DNA of 63,912 bases, the filler included, from Rhabdomonas costata (taxonomy: Eukaryota), in NCBI GenBank assembly GCA_019059605.1. It is 13 parts of 13 records of this genome, joined end to end, with 100 filler letters (N's around TTAATTAATTAA, not from the genome) between each part and the next. Parts side by side here need not be neighbours in the genome. Positions count along the whole stretch, not along the records: positions 49,389 to 54,163 come from JAHMHO010000152.1; positions 54,264 to 59,041 come from JAHMHO010000153.1; positions 59,142 to 63,912 come from JAHMHO010000154.1; 10 more parts are not named here. One strand, written 5' to 3'. The notes below the pieces were generated by a model, which worked only from the letters and a program-made list of their open reading frames with translations, had not been told where the DNA came from and ran no database searches. The position numbers and the translations under genes were made by a program. Shown in pieces: positions 49,900-60,755 of the stretch; within the stretch, counting starts at the first letter, position 1; the number at the start of each line of letters is the position of its first letter.

Positions 49900-51800
49900 G
49901 GTTTCGCTCACACGTTATCTTGGTTGTTATGAATCCGTTTTACTCACAACCCTAATGTGCCTACGTCCGTCCTTGGCGCCGCCAAGCGCAGAATACCACC
50001 TTGGATGTAGTAATTGCCCATATATAGACCCATTGCCGTAAGGATGCCACCATTGATATACTGTCACTTCCACTGCCGGAGGCAGCATCGTCATCATCAC
50101 CATCATTCAAAACCACGGGTGGAGTGATGGATGTCGAGTAGGACTGACGAGGCATCCCGAACCCAGCATGTCGGGCTTGGCGCCCTCCACTTCGCACCGG
50201 TTAACACTTTGAAGTATTTCAGCCAATGCCAACTCAACCTCAGCTACCCAACTTACACCTTGCCCTCTGCCTCACCTCTCACGTTGGCATCGTCGGTGGT
50301 TGGGTTAGGGTCACACGTCCTTCCTCCAACATCTAAAGGTAACCCTCTGTGTGGCTATCCTGGATTGGTAATGTTGGTAGTTCCCAGCCTGCATGCTACA
50401 AGCCAACAGGGACAGTATCGCTTATCCTACGTTGGGTTGAGTGACATCATGGCCAACGCTGATCCCCACTCCCACTACAGGGTAGGTCTCAACATGCACC
50501 ATAATACAACCGCTCACCACCAGGGTATGCTGGTACTGCAGCTGCTGGTATACTCTATACTAGGATGTTACTCCAATAGAGGTAGCAGCAGCACCACTGG
50601 AGGCTTAGCAGTCATACCCAACGTAAGTACATATAACAAGCTCACCTCCATCGCACACCAAGGCTTGGCGTCATGAGCTGATTTACTTACACCACTGCAT
50701 ATGTTTACCTCTAGCTGCGTGTTGGTGTTTGCATTCACCGTGTGTTTTCAGCGTATATCCTACATCTTACCCTACTGTGGGGTGTGGCCTCATACGTGGT
50801 TTACCAGCGTCTGTTGCCGGGCGTACTTAATTGACCCGTTCAGTCCAGCGCGGTCACCTCAACTTTGTATGCTGAATGTTCTACGCATTGTACTGGGGCC
50901 TGAGCTGTTGTGTGTGATATATGCACTCGGATGGTGAACTGTAGAGAGCAGCGTCTAGCTGTTCTGTTATCTTGCGGAGGTACGTGTGATGATAGAACCA
51001 GTGCATGATGGAAGACAACGACACGGAACCACGCATAGCATCAGAGATTAAGAAGAATACACAGAAGCAAGCACGCATGACACGAAAACCAACCCACAAG
51101 GAACCCAACCCGCGGATACACCTACCAAACCAACGCACACCAACCCAACGCATACACACCCAACCATAAAAAACCCAACCCAACCCAACCACTCACACGC
51201 TTCTCCGAAACACCAACATCAACGGAACCCCTTACCAACACAAACAAAACCATACCAATCCAGCTACATGTGTAATATGACTACTCAATCCGTTTATCAA
51301 TTAGTCTCTGGAATAGGCGTTCCACCCCTATAACACATATGTCTGATTTCGTGCAAATACGTTGTTGCAAGTGCCCACAGCTCGTGACCATGTTTACCTA
51401 GCCATAACATGAATCGCCCGCAGAAGCCATCGAGTGGACACTTTGAGATACCGGAGACAGAAGACATGATAGATGATACAAAGAGAGCCTGTGTTACAAT
51501 GCCGAATGCCGAACCAGAATGCGAAAGCCAAAACCCCACCCAAGAATTCCAAACGCAAATACCCACCCCAAAGAACCCAACTATCAACCCCACCACCAAT
51601 CACCCAATCACTACCACTTAAGTCGATTCATATGCCACCCCTACCCACCAGACACGACCCAATCCCAATATCTAGCCTGATGCCTACCTACCTTTTGGCC
51701 CCGACCCATCTAACACCACAAGATTATGAACCCCAAAAGGCGCAAATACACACGAGGAAATTCACACCCCAAGTGGTCGCAAGAAAGCGATGAGTGGTAC
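49900..51800. mobile_element. Degenerate, apparently CpG-eroded element remnant with an ACCCA-rich low-complexity tract (~51080-51260)
   Basis: TG/CA-rich sequence, broken frames, no intron structure. Family not recognised. Confidence 0.3.
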
Positions 51801-54378
51801 AGATCAACTCTACCCTCCTACCACCAATTCTGATCCCTACCTCAGCTGCCATGGATCATGGAGTCTAGTGGTAGCCAGTGGTGGGTGCCTCATTCCTCTA
51901 CATGCGGTGCCTTCAATTGTCGTGAGTGCCTACTCCTGCCGTCATTAAATGCCATCTTACGATGATGGATGATATTAGAAGCCCAGATCAGTGCGATTGC
52001 ACCTCATATTCAAATCTGCCTTTCCTTGGCCCGCATTTAAACCAATAATTCTGTTACTGCTAGTCGTATTTGTTCCCTTTTCAATCGACCCGTTTAGCAC
52101 ACCTGATTGGAAGTGGCCGCTTTTACGAGACCTTTGGACGGCGTAGTTTTCCGTTGTAGAAGCAACGAGAAATTTAAAGAAACGCACCAATATAGCCCGA
52201 TCTTTGTCCCTCCATTTGCGGAGGTCTCAGCGCGGTCCAATACGGTTGCACCATGATTGCCATTGGCACGTGAATATGTGGCTAACATACTGTCCCCAGC
52301 CGCAATAATAACAATCAATAATAACAATCTCAGAAAACGCCCTTTTGTACTAAGTAGCGTAAAAAAAAGTTTAAAACATATAGCGCGCATAGAATGGCGG
52401 CATTTTAAATTGTTTACAGGACTTTGAAACCATTAACACACTAAATTCTGTGTTTTAATCTGTAACTTATTTTGTAATTAGCCTCGCATTATGGCACGCT
52501 TGTCGAGGTTCAGTTGACTTTGCACGTGGTTGATACCACCAAGCACTACGTTCTTGCCATTTAGGAAGCGGTTTAGAACCTTCCTTCTATGTGACCTCAT
52601 TACAGTTTTGCTTTGCTCAAAACTGCTATATATTATCCACACATTTGCCTACGTTTTATACAGCACACGTTTATTTGAAAGTTCAGAATATCAACGATCA
52701 AGTTGAAGACAGTAGTTACTTACCAAACCATGGTTCATCAGAACAATGTGGAGCATCCAGAGTTCCGTAATGTACCTTCGTATACCAGGTAAATGTCATG
52801 CCATTTGGTATCTGTAAGACCAAAGACCAAATGAGTTTGTTGGATCCGACTTTTACTATATCTCGATATTACTACGACAGAGAGCTTTTCGGGGTCCAGG
52901 AGAAGTGCACCTTGTTTCAGCCTAAATTCGCATATTTTTCCTATTCGTGGGCCTGTTTGGGAAAGGGTTATCCCTCAAAAACGCAAGGCTCATATCACTT
53001 TTCAAAGCGCCGACGGAAACGGAACACCGAAGTTGGCAGCCTTTTGCCTAAGCCAGCTTTTATTGGGTCACATAAGGGCCGCGTGTAAACAACATTGGGG
53101 GCCACGATGTCCAATGAGCCTTCGGCGTTATTTTTTTTGTTCAAATTAAAGAGAAATGGCATTGGGGGGGTTGCCTCGCAGCATGTTTTTCCAAAAAAAA
53201 AAAAACGGGGGCACACAAAGTTCACCGCCGCCGGGCACACCATTCCAGAGGGAACCAGATCTCCCCCACACTTCTTGAACTTGGGCTGCCGCCCTTGATT
53301 CTGCTTCTAAGTGCCCACCCTCCAAAAAAGAGTGGCGGACCGCGGGGGCGCAGCATAGGGATGGGGTTTTCATCCATTTCCACCATTGTCGTCGAAGCCG
53401 CCCCAGGTCGGAGATAGGCCCCGCGGCTGTCGGGCATAGGGTCGCGGCCCGAATATTCCGCGGTGCAGCCGGATCCCGTCGTTCGACGTCGGCGGCGGCG
53501 GTGTTTTTGCTTGTTTAGGGCGCCGGGTGTGTCCTATCCGGCTACCCAAGGGCCCAAGGAGCATTTCTCCTGATGAGGCCGGGGCAGGGGGTCGGCAGAG
53601 TCCGGCAGACGGCTCCACTGCACAAGATGGACTCATCCACTCCGTGGCCCCCATTCCCACTCCTCATTATCGTTATTTCCTTCCCACGTTGGGGCAAATG
53701 GGGCATAAGCTGGCATCACAAGCAAAGTAGTCTCCCTCTGCCTGGAATTCCAAAATTATTGTCTTCTTAAACTCGTACTAAATCGAAAACATCTGTAGCA
53801 AAGAAAACGGCACGTATACGCGCACTCAGTGAGACAAATGATCGCACAAAAAAGAAAAATCGCACAATCCCGTGAGGACCGAGGGCGCAATTACAAAAAA
53901 AGGATCCTCAAGGCCAACAGTCCGCAATGACGCACAAAAACGAATTCTTGGGAGGAGAAGACATCGCCCACCCCCACTTCCGGCCGCCCACTGCAAAATC
54001 CCGCACAAATAATGCCACTACAGGGCAAACCGTAGGGGAGAAAATACGCGGTAGCAGGAAGAAAAACAAACACCATGGGAAACAAATCCGCCCCACCACG
54101 CTATACTGACTTAAAAATCCGGCCACCATTGACACACGCACATTCGGCAAACGCAAACCAAAANNNNNNNNNNNNNNNNNNNNNNNNNNNNNNNNNNNNN
54201 NNNNNNNTTAATTAATTAANNNNNNNNNNNNNNNNNNNNNNNNNNNNNNNNNNNNNNNNNNNNGTTGGGGTTTAAAAAGGATTTTGATGAGTTTGGGTGC
54301 GAAGGCCAGCGCCGTGTAGGCCATTGCGCGGCGCGGCCGGAGCGGGTGGATGGGGAGGGACGATGAGGTAGATGCTCC

Positions 54379-54598
54379 GTTTAGCAGTGCTAAACCTTTA
54401 GCGGTGCTAAACGTCCGATTTAGACACGTTTTGGGGGGATGTTATTTTCAGGACACGGGGGTAAAGTTTCTCAACCACCTCGAAATACATAAATATTAGC
54501 AAAATGGGGTTAGGTATACTGTTTTTCTGACCCCTAGATAGACATAGTTTGATTTGGAGCGGGGGTTTGGAAATTTGTGACCGTTTAGCGGTGCTAAC
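54379..54598. repeat. Three copies of a 17-bp interrupted palindrome GTTTAGC-NGT-GCTAAAC
   Basis: At 54379-54395, 54396-54412 and 54583-54598. Confidence 0.85.
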
Positions 54599-54644
54599 GT
54601 TTTACGTCCCCTCCTCCCCCGAAAAAAAATGCAAAAGGCCTTAG

Positions 54645-56291
54645 CGAGGGGATTCTCACTACCCATGCGAACCCTGCATGCGAAGAGAGAGCGGCAAGAC
54701 ACAGTCAGGGCCATGGGTCAGATGATGGAGGATCCCGAGATTTCCCAGCACGACTACCTCAGAAGAAAATTCTCCTTGCCAAGTTCACGAAGTTGGTGTG
54801 TGTGCATGTGTTTGTGCTATTTTGTAGAGGAGAGAGTTCTGGGAGACCCAGCCCAGCTTTGGGGGCAGTGTGGAGGCCTGGCAGGCCCTGCGCGTCGCCG
54901 TGGAGAGCCCTGACATGCGCGAGGCTGTGCTGGAGGTATCTTGCCATCCTTTTCTTTTACTGCAGAGACTGCTCTCCACAGCTTCCATCGCGGTGGACTA
55001 CGGATACACCCACAGTGGGGGGTTAAGCGTTGGGAGAGATGGGAAGTTCCGCCGTCGGTAAAATGGGCTGCGGTGATAAGAACGTGGTGGTGGTGGTCAT
55101 GGGGTCATTCTGATGCAGTGCTTTCCGTTCCGTTTCGAGCGTTGGGAAGAGGCTGTTGTGGAGCTTATCTTTGAAACTGAAATTTTTCACCGGGGAGTTT
55201 CTTCGTTCAGTCTGCGGGGCTGACTCTTCCGCGGCGGACGTGGGACGAGATCTACGACCAAAGGGGCTTCCGATACGAGATACCTGTATGCCACCCGCCC
55301 CCACGGACTCCCTGACGCAAACGCAAATCAGCTGTTGGCACACTTGGGACGCTGCTAGTATGCCAAATTAGAATTTCTTCTATGCCGACCTCAGAAGCCT
55401 TAGAAGGCCCCCCAAAAAAAAGGCGTGTGCAACTACATACCGCAGCATTGCGGCAACTCCGGTTCCAGCATGAATTACTTTTAGGCGTTACCCGTAGTCA
55501 TGCTTTGGAGGCCCTGCCTAAAGCTCAGGTTCAGTATGCAGCCACAGTTCCAAAAGTGCAAAGGTGCATCCCAGGCCCACTCAGGAGTACTACCATCCGC
55601 TCCAGCCTGAACCGGCCGTCACGTTCAATATATGGTACCCGTGGTAGGTCCTCCGGTGCTGTCGGGCTTCGACTCCGGTTCCAGGGACCCCAATGGGAAG
55701 GGCGCCCAGGGAATAGGTGAAGTTTGCGCCGAAATGTGTGGGTCACCCTCGAAGCATGTGGTCCTTCCACCCGAAATGGGGATACCCCTGACTATGTATG
55801 CACATATCCCGAGCTTCCCAGAGGAGAATAAATGGGTGCTGCTGAATGATCCCCCCCCCATGAACGACAAAAAGCAAGTGCCCAGACTCACACTCACACT
55901 TATAAGATGCGTCCTCTTTTTTCTGTCCCTTGGTGTCGAAAAAGCATGGAACCACGTTTGTAAAAGAAGTTCGGCTCGAGACTATCCGAAAAACTCTTCA
56001 GGTCTCCCACCGTCCGCCCTTCACTGAAGGGGCAAGAAGCTTTACCAGAACTGCAGACAGTCAAGAAGGGTGCTGTTTTTTGTGTGTTCTTCTGCGTATT
56101 ATGGTACTCTATTGAGTCATATCATATTGGAAGAGACCCAGTGTGAGACTCTGGGTGGTTAGCGCGTTCTGCTTGTTCCCTCCGTTTTCTCCATAGCCAC
56201 ATACCTGTATGCCCACATGGGTACACACAGACACACGCGCAATCATCTGCAGGCCTTCCTTCTGTGCGAGCCGACCAACATGGTCCCCTGA
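54645..56291 (+). CDS. UBTD: UBTD1/2 (DC-UbP)-like ubiquitin-binding-domain protein, 5' end unresolved (exons ~54645-54795, 54828-54935, 55211-55285, 56253-56291)
   Basis: Spliced KFTKL/RREFWETQPSFGGSVEAWQALRVAVESPDMREAVLE/SAGLTLPRRTWDEIYDQRGFRYEIP/AFLLCEPTNMVP* follows the UBD pattern R.EFW.T.P...G..E.W.AL...TLP.....YD..G..Y..P.....P.N. All junctions are phase-0 GT-AG. Confidence 0.85.
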
Positions 56292-57191
56292 GATGATCGG
56301 CTGAGGGAGGCGCAACTTTCACTTTCCCCACCCCTTCACCCATGGAGGGAGTGCGGTGTGCACAAAGTCGGCTTCCTCCTGTTGAGGAGGACTGGGAGGT
56401 ACCAAGGCCTTGCCGCGGTAGTGGAACCGCAGTTTTTTTGTCCTGGGGAGGAATTTAGTTTCCAAAGCTGAGCGCTGAGCGCCCTGAATTCTCCCGCGGT
56501 TTTGTGGTATAGCTGCTGCATGATTGTGCAGGGGGTCACGGTGGCAAGCAGGCATATTGTCAATGATAGGGTGATGTATACCTTTGGATTGTAAGTACTG
56601 ATGTGTGGTCTTCGCGGTTCCTCAGGAGCTTTTAGGGGCAGACCCTTGGTCTGAAAGATGAATGCTGCAATTGACTCATACCGAGCCTGAAAGCTTTTGC
56701 ATTAAAAGAAAAGAAGTGGGATGAATTGCCAAGCTGCCTCAAATGCGGACAAAGCCGATGCGAAACTCTTTATATCTTTCCGCCGCGCGTGATGCTGCAC
56801 AACCAAACTTACCCGAAAAGCAGCAAAGTTGGCCAAAGCACCAAGCGGAAGAAATGCACACACTTGAATAAATGTCTCCCTGATTATAAATTACACCACC
56901 AAGTGCCAGTTGTTTGAAAAAAAAAAGGCGCGCGCGCAAACCCAAACAGAGGATCCTGGGCTCATGCAAAGCACCAAAAGACCATTTTAAAGACCAAAAG
57001 CGCCTTTTAACCGGGAGTACCCAATTTGTATCAATGCGCCCTCCGCCGCGCAACCTATCACCACTTCCGCGACCTGGAACGCGGCCTTCAGTGTTATTAA
57101 GTATAATCTCCTTGTTTTGATCTTTTGGTCCAGATCTTTGGTATCAGATCGGATCCAATTGCCCCTTGTGTGTGTGGTGCCCGGTGGGACC

Positions 57192-58076
57192 ATGGCATCC
57201 ACCATGCCTGCCGGCAAAATCCGCCTGACACCGGAAACCAGGACCCCGGGCCCAACTGATCTTCCTCTTGCCCTCAGCAGCAGCCAGGCACCATGCCTGA
57301 AATCAGGAACCGGGCGCCCCACGCGGAGCATGGCAGTTGCCCGTACCGTGGCCCACAGCGTTTCTGTCTCCCCGTCCCTCTCTCCTTCCTCCCTTGGGTA
57401 CACTTCTGATGCGGACCACCCCATACCGGAAGCCTCTGCCAAGCCCCGGCCATAAGACATCGCTGTCTCTTCTGACGCTGTACCGCCCGCACCATATTTT
57501 GAAGGGCGCTGAAATTTGGATTGGGCCACCGCGCTGGAGAATGTGGGCTCCCGTGCCTTATTAAAGTTGCTTTGCCCTGCTGCATCCTCCAATCTCCCCT
57601 TGGCAAAGCCTCCTCCCACACAGCTCTTCGAGGTCTCGGGGGTACCCCTGGGGGTGGGCCCCAGCCGCATGGAGAGCGTGTTGGCGGCGATGGGTTGGGC
57701 CGGGAAGGCGCTGCGTACCTTCGTGCGTCGGGGGGCCCGTTTTCGGGTGGTGGGGGCTGCCTTGGCCCCTACTGCCACCATCGGGACTGTCGACCCAGCC
57801 CTTGTCACAGTCCAGCCCGCCCGGCCCCGGCGGACCATTCCCACCGCGTGGACCCGCACACCTACTAAGCCGATGCCCGCGCCAATGGGTCCACGGGCGC
57901 CTAGGCCCTCCCGGGAAGAGTTCCCTGCCATTCCCACTTCAGCAGGGCACCCAGCAGAGGACTGCCCCCTCGAAACCCGAGTCCTTCCTCGACGCCTCCC
58001 GTTAGGGCCTCCGTCGTGGGCCCCATGGCATCGACCGCAGGGAGATGACATGGGGATAGAAGGCATTGGTGACTGA
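57192..58076 (+). mobile_element. Degenerate N-terminal/ORF1-like region of a non-LTR retrotransposon
   Basis: One frame with two internal stops. FEVSGVPLGVGPSRMESVLAAMGWAGKALRTFVRRGARFRVVGAALAP resembles a motif recalled from protist LINE N-terminal ORFs. The frame ends inside the first hairpin of the adjacent cluster. Confidence 0.55.
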
Positions 58077-58551
58077 GCGTAAGCGCGTAGCGGTGGAGCG
58101 AAGGAACCATCATGCATAGGGTGTGAGAGACCGGAACGTAGTGGAGGGATCTCACGACCGGCAAAGAACACAAAATGCCCCTACGTTACTCCTTAGCATC
58201 TCTCTGTACGTGCCCCCAAGTCGAGGAGCACCAGCGACGAGGCGTGGGGTTAGGAGGCATGAACGCAGTGAATGCCGACATGTAGAAGGAGTGATGCGAG
58301 GCACCGAGCATCACGACAAGAATACACCCTTTGAGTTCAACATTACGAGCGTAGCGAGGGACACGCAGTGGACCGAGCGTAGCGAGAACCGGGCCGGAGG
58401 CCCTCTTCTTCTTTCTTCTGTATCTGTGAAGGAGCGTACCGCATTGCGGGGAGCGACTGAACCACTGCATTTAGGAGGGATGACGAGCGCAGCAAGGCAT
58501 CCCGACATCAAGGCATTACCCTGGTCGTCTTGACTCTCGGTTCCTCGAGTC
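58067..58551 (+). other. Cluster of ~12 hairpins, mostly with GNA triloops and/or tandem sheared G.A pairs (putative ssDNA structural module)
   Basis: Examples: GTGAGA-GA-CC-GGA-AC-GTA-GT-GGA-GG-GA-TCTCAC (58123-58155), GGCAT-GA-AC-GCA-GT-GA-ATGCC (58256-58276), GTGATGC-GA-GGCACC-GA-GCATCAC (58291-58314), C-GA-GC-GTA-GC-GA-G twice, GGGCC-GGA-GGCCC. Confidence 0.8.
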
Positions 58552-59769
58552 ACTCCTCCACTCTTACCCCCTCACTCCACCACCATAAGGTGCCTCCGTT
58601 CGTTCCGACCTTGGCGAATCCACGCAGAACTCCTCCATTGGGTTCAGGTTGAGGTTGGGTGGTAGCCTTGGCATCTTCCCTCACTCCTTGCATCTACCCT
58701 ACACTTAGCATGTGGGTTCTTGCAGCGGTGGGTTCATGCCTCGTGGTGTATTGGCTCACATGGCATCGTCACGTCACCCTCCACTCCATCAACGCTTGGT
58801 CTTACACACATTAACCTTGTGGTGCCAAGTGTTGACTGTGGCTGGGACACACCCGATGCCCTGTAGCCTCTCACCAGGAACTACACACAACCATTACCAA
58901 AGGATGCGTACCAGAACCCCTGTGCTGTACATTGCTGGGGAATGGCACATCAGCCTTGGTGGGTTGACGTGTAGCCCTTGACACACCTTGTGATGGCATG
59001 GTGTACTGTGTGGGATTGGCAGGGTCACACATCCACGCTCANNNNNNNNNNNNNNNNNNNNNNNNNNNNNNNNNNNNNNNNNNNNTTAATTAATTAANNN
59101 NNNNNNNNNNNNNNNNNNNNNNNNNNNNNNNNNNNNNNNNNACGTTTTCGAGCAGAATGCTGGAAGGCGGGAAAAGGAGAAAAAAAAGGTGCGGGAGGCC
59201 GGTGCTCAGGAGACCCGGTCCGGAGGACGCCGTTGAGAAGAGCAAGACCGCTGAGAAAAGCACAGTGCGAGTTGGCAGCTTAATTTTGTGGTTGTTGAGC
59301 CGTGGAAACCACAGGCGGTGGTGGCACAGTGCAGCAGACCGAGTTGAGATCGCAGCAGCCGGCCAGCAGCGGCAGCCTTGACAATGTGCGGTAGGACCCC
59401 GCGGTGCGAAAGGGTATGCAGTGATGAACAAAAAGCGGAACAAACGAGAACGAGGCAATGAGTGGACATCCAAAAAAGAAATAAGCTGAGTTTTCGGAGA
59501 ATTTCGAATTCGGATAGTCGAAAGCAATCGGTCACTTTGAAGATTTGAAGATTCTCTCCCCAAGCTTGACCCTGATGCCCTGACACCCGGTTTGTTTGTG
59601 CATGCCCTTGCCTCTGCTGACGCAGCTGATGCTGCTGATCGGAGAACCACAGATGTCCGTAGCAGCAGGAGCCTACTCTGACTCCACAGCGAGCATAGCA
59701 GCGGGGCGGCCCTGGGAGATCCTGGAAAACAGCCGTAATCGCTCGTACTCGTACTCGCATACCAGCGCT

Positions 59770-60260
59770 TGCCTCAACCGGTGTGACAAGCATAACACCC
59801 GCATGAGGCGCAGGACAGGGCATGATCGCCAATGGGGTCCATCCCCGCATTGCACCCCCCGCAGAGCGCTCCGGGAACAATCGGGACCCCGCACCGAAAG
59901 CGAAGGAGCAATTCCAGCCATTCCGAGGGGGAGAATGCCGACATTGCATGCCGCTCCAAGGGCAGGGATGTAAGCCAAGCCCCGGAGTGTGCTCCTGACT
60001 GCAGCCGCTTCCGGTGAGGCGGCACGAGACGTTCGCGTCCAGCCAGCTGGAGGCTACGTCGTCCAGTCTTTCTGACTGGCCCAGGCCTCAATCATCGCAC
60101 AAGACACAGCATCACTAAGCGAAACTTGACTCCAGGTCCCCTTCAGTGGGGCAACCAGGTCTGGCAGCTCATGCTCGATCTGGGACAAGAACTCGCCTGG
60201 GCATTGAAGCGGTGATAACAAGTAGCTAGCCCCCGTACTCCCTTGAGGCAGCGTTAACAC
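59770..60260 (-). mobile_element. CRE/SLACS-like (REL-endonuclease clade) non-LTR retrotransposon C-terminal fragment, degenerate
   Basis: SGAHSGAWLTSLP...EWLELLLRFRCGVP...CGGCNAGMDPIGDHALSCASCGCYACH is the CCHC knuckle region that precedes the REL domain in early-branching non-LTR elements. Frameshifted and truncated. Confidence 0.75.
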
Positions 60261-60755
60261 GGGGGTCCGTTCATTGCTCATTTGCCTAGGTGGGTGGGTT
60301 TTTTGTTTCCTTGTTTGGAACAGGTGAAATAAAAATTGGGTGCTTGTGCATAATTTAAGGTCTTACCACTCTTTAGTCAGTAGTGCCCTTGCGTTTGGGC
60401 AAGGGACGACCAAGCGGAACTCTGCAGTGGCAAAACATTGCTTGCGGCAGACTGGGAGTCAAAACAACAAGATGATGGCAATCCAGTCAAGCTTCAAAGA
60501 AATGGATGTCACAGAAAATTACAACACGGCACGGCGTCAATACTTTACACGGCAGGCACACCAACATCGACACACCACACACGAAACGCTGCAAGCTGGC
60601 GAAAAGCAATGTTCGGAGATAGCCTTCCCTGGCAGGAACGTTCTTGCAGGACGTTCGGGCTGCTTTGACCAAAGCCGCCTCGAGATCTAAAGTTTCACGA
60701 TGGGGTCCAACACAGGAAGCCATTCCCAAGCCCAGTGCCACAGCCCCCGATTCTG

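Noticed and set aside
4814-59141. Regularly spaced TTAATTAATTAA as a CRISPR-like or biological repeat, and gene clusters spanning it
   Set aside because: It is an artificial joining spacer embedded in Ns, so adjacent contigs are unrelated.
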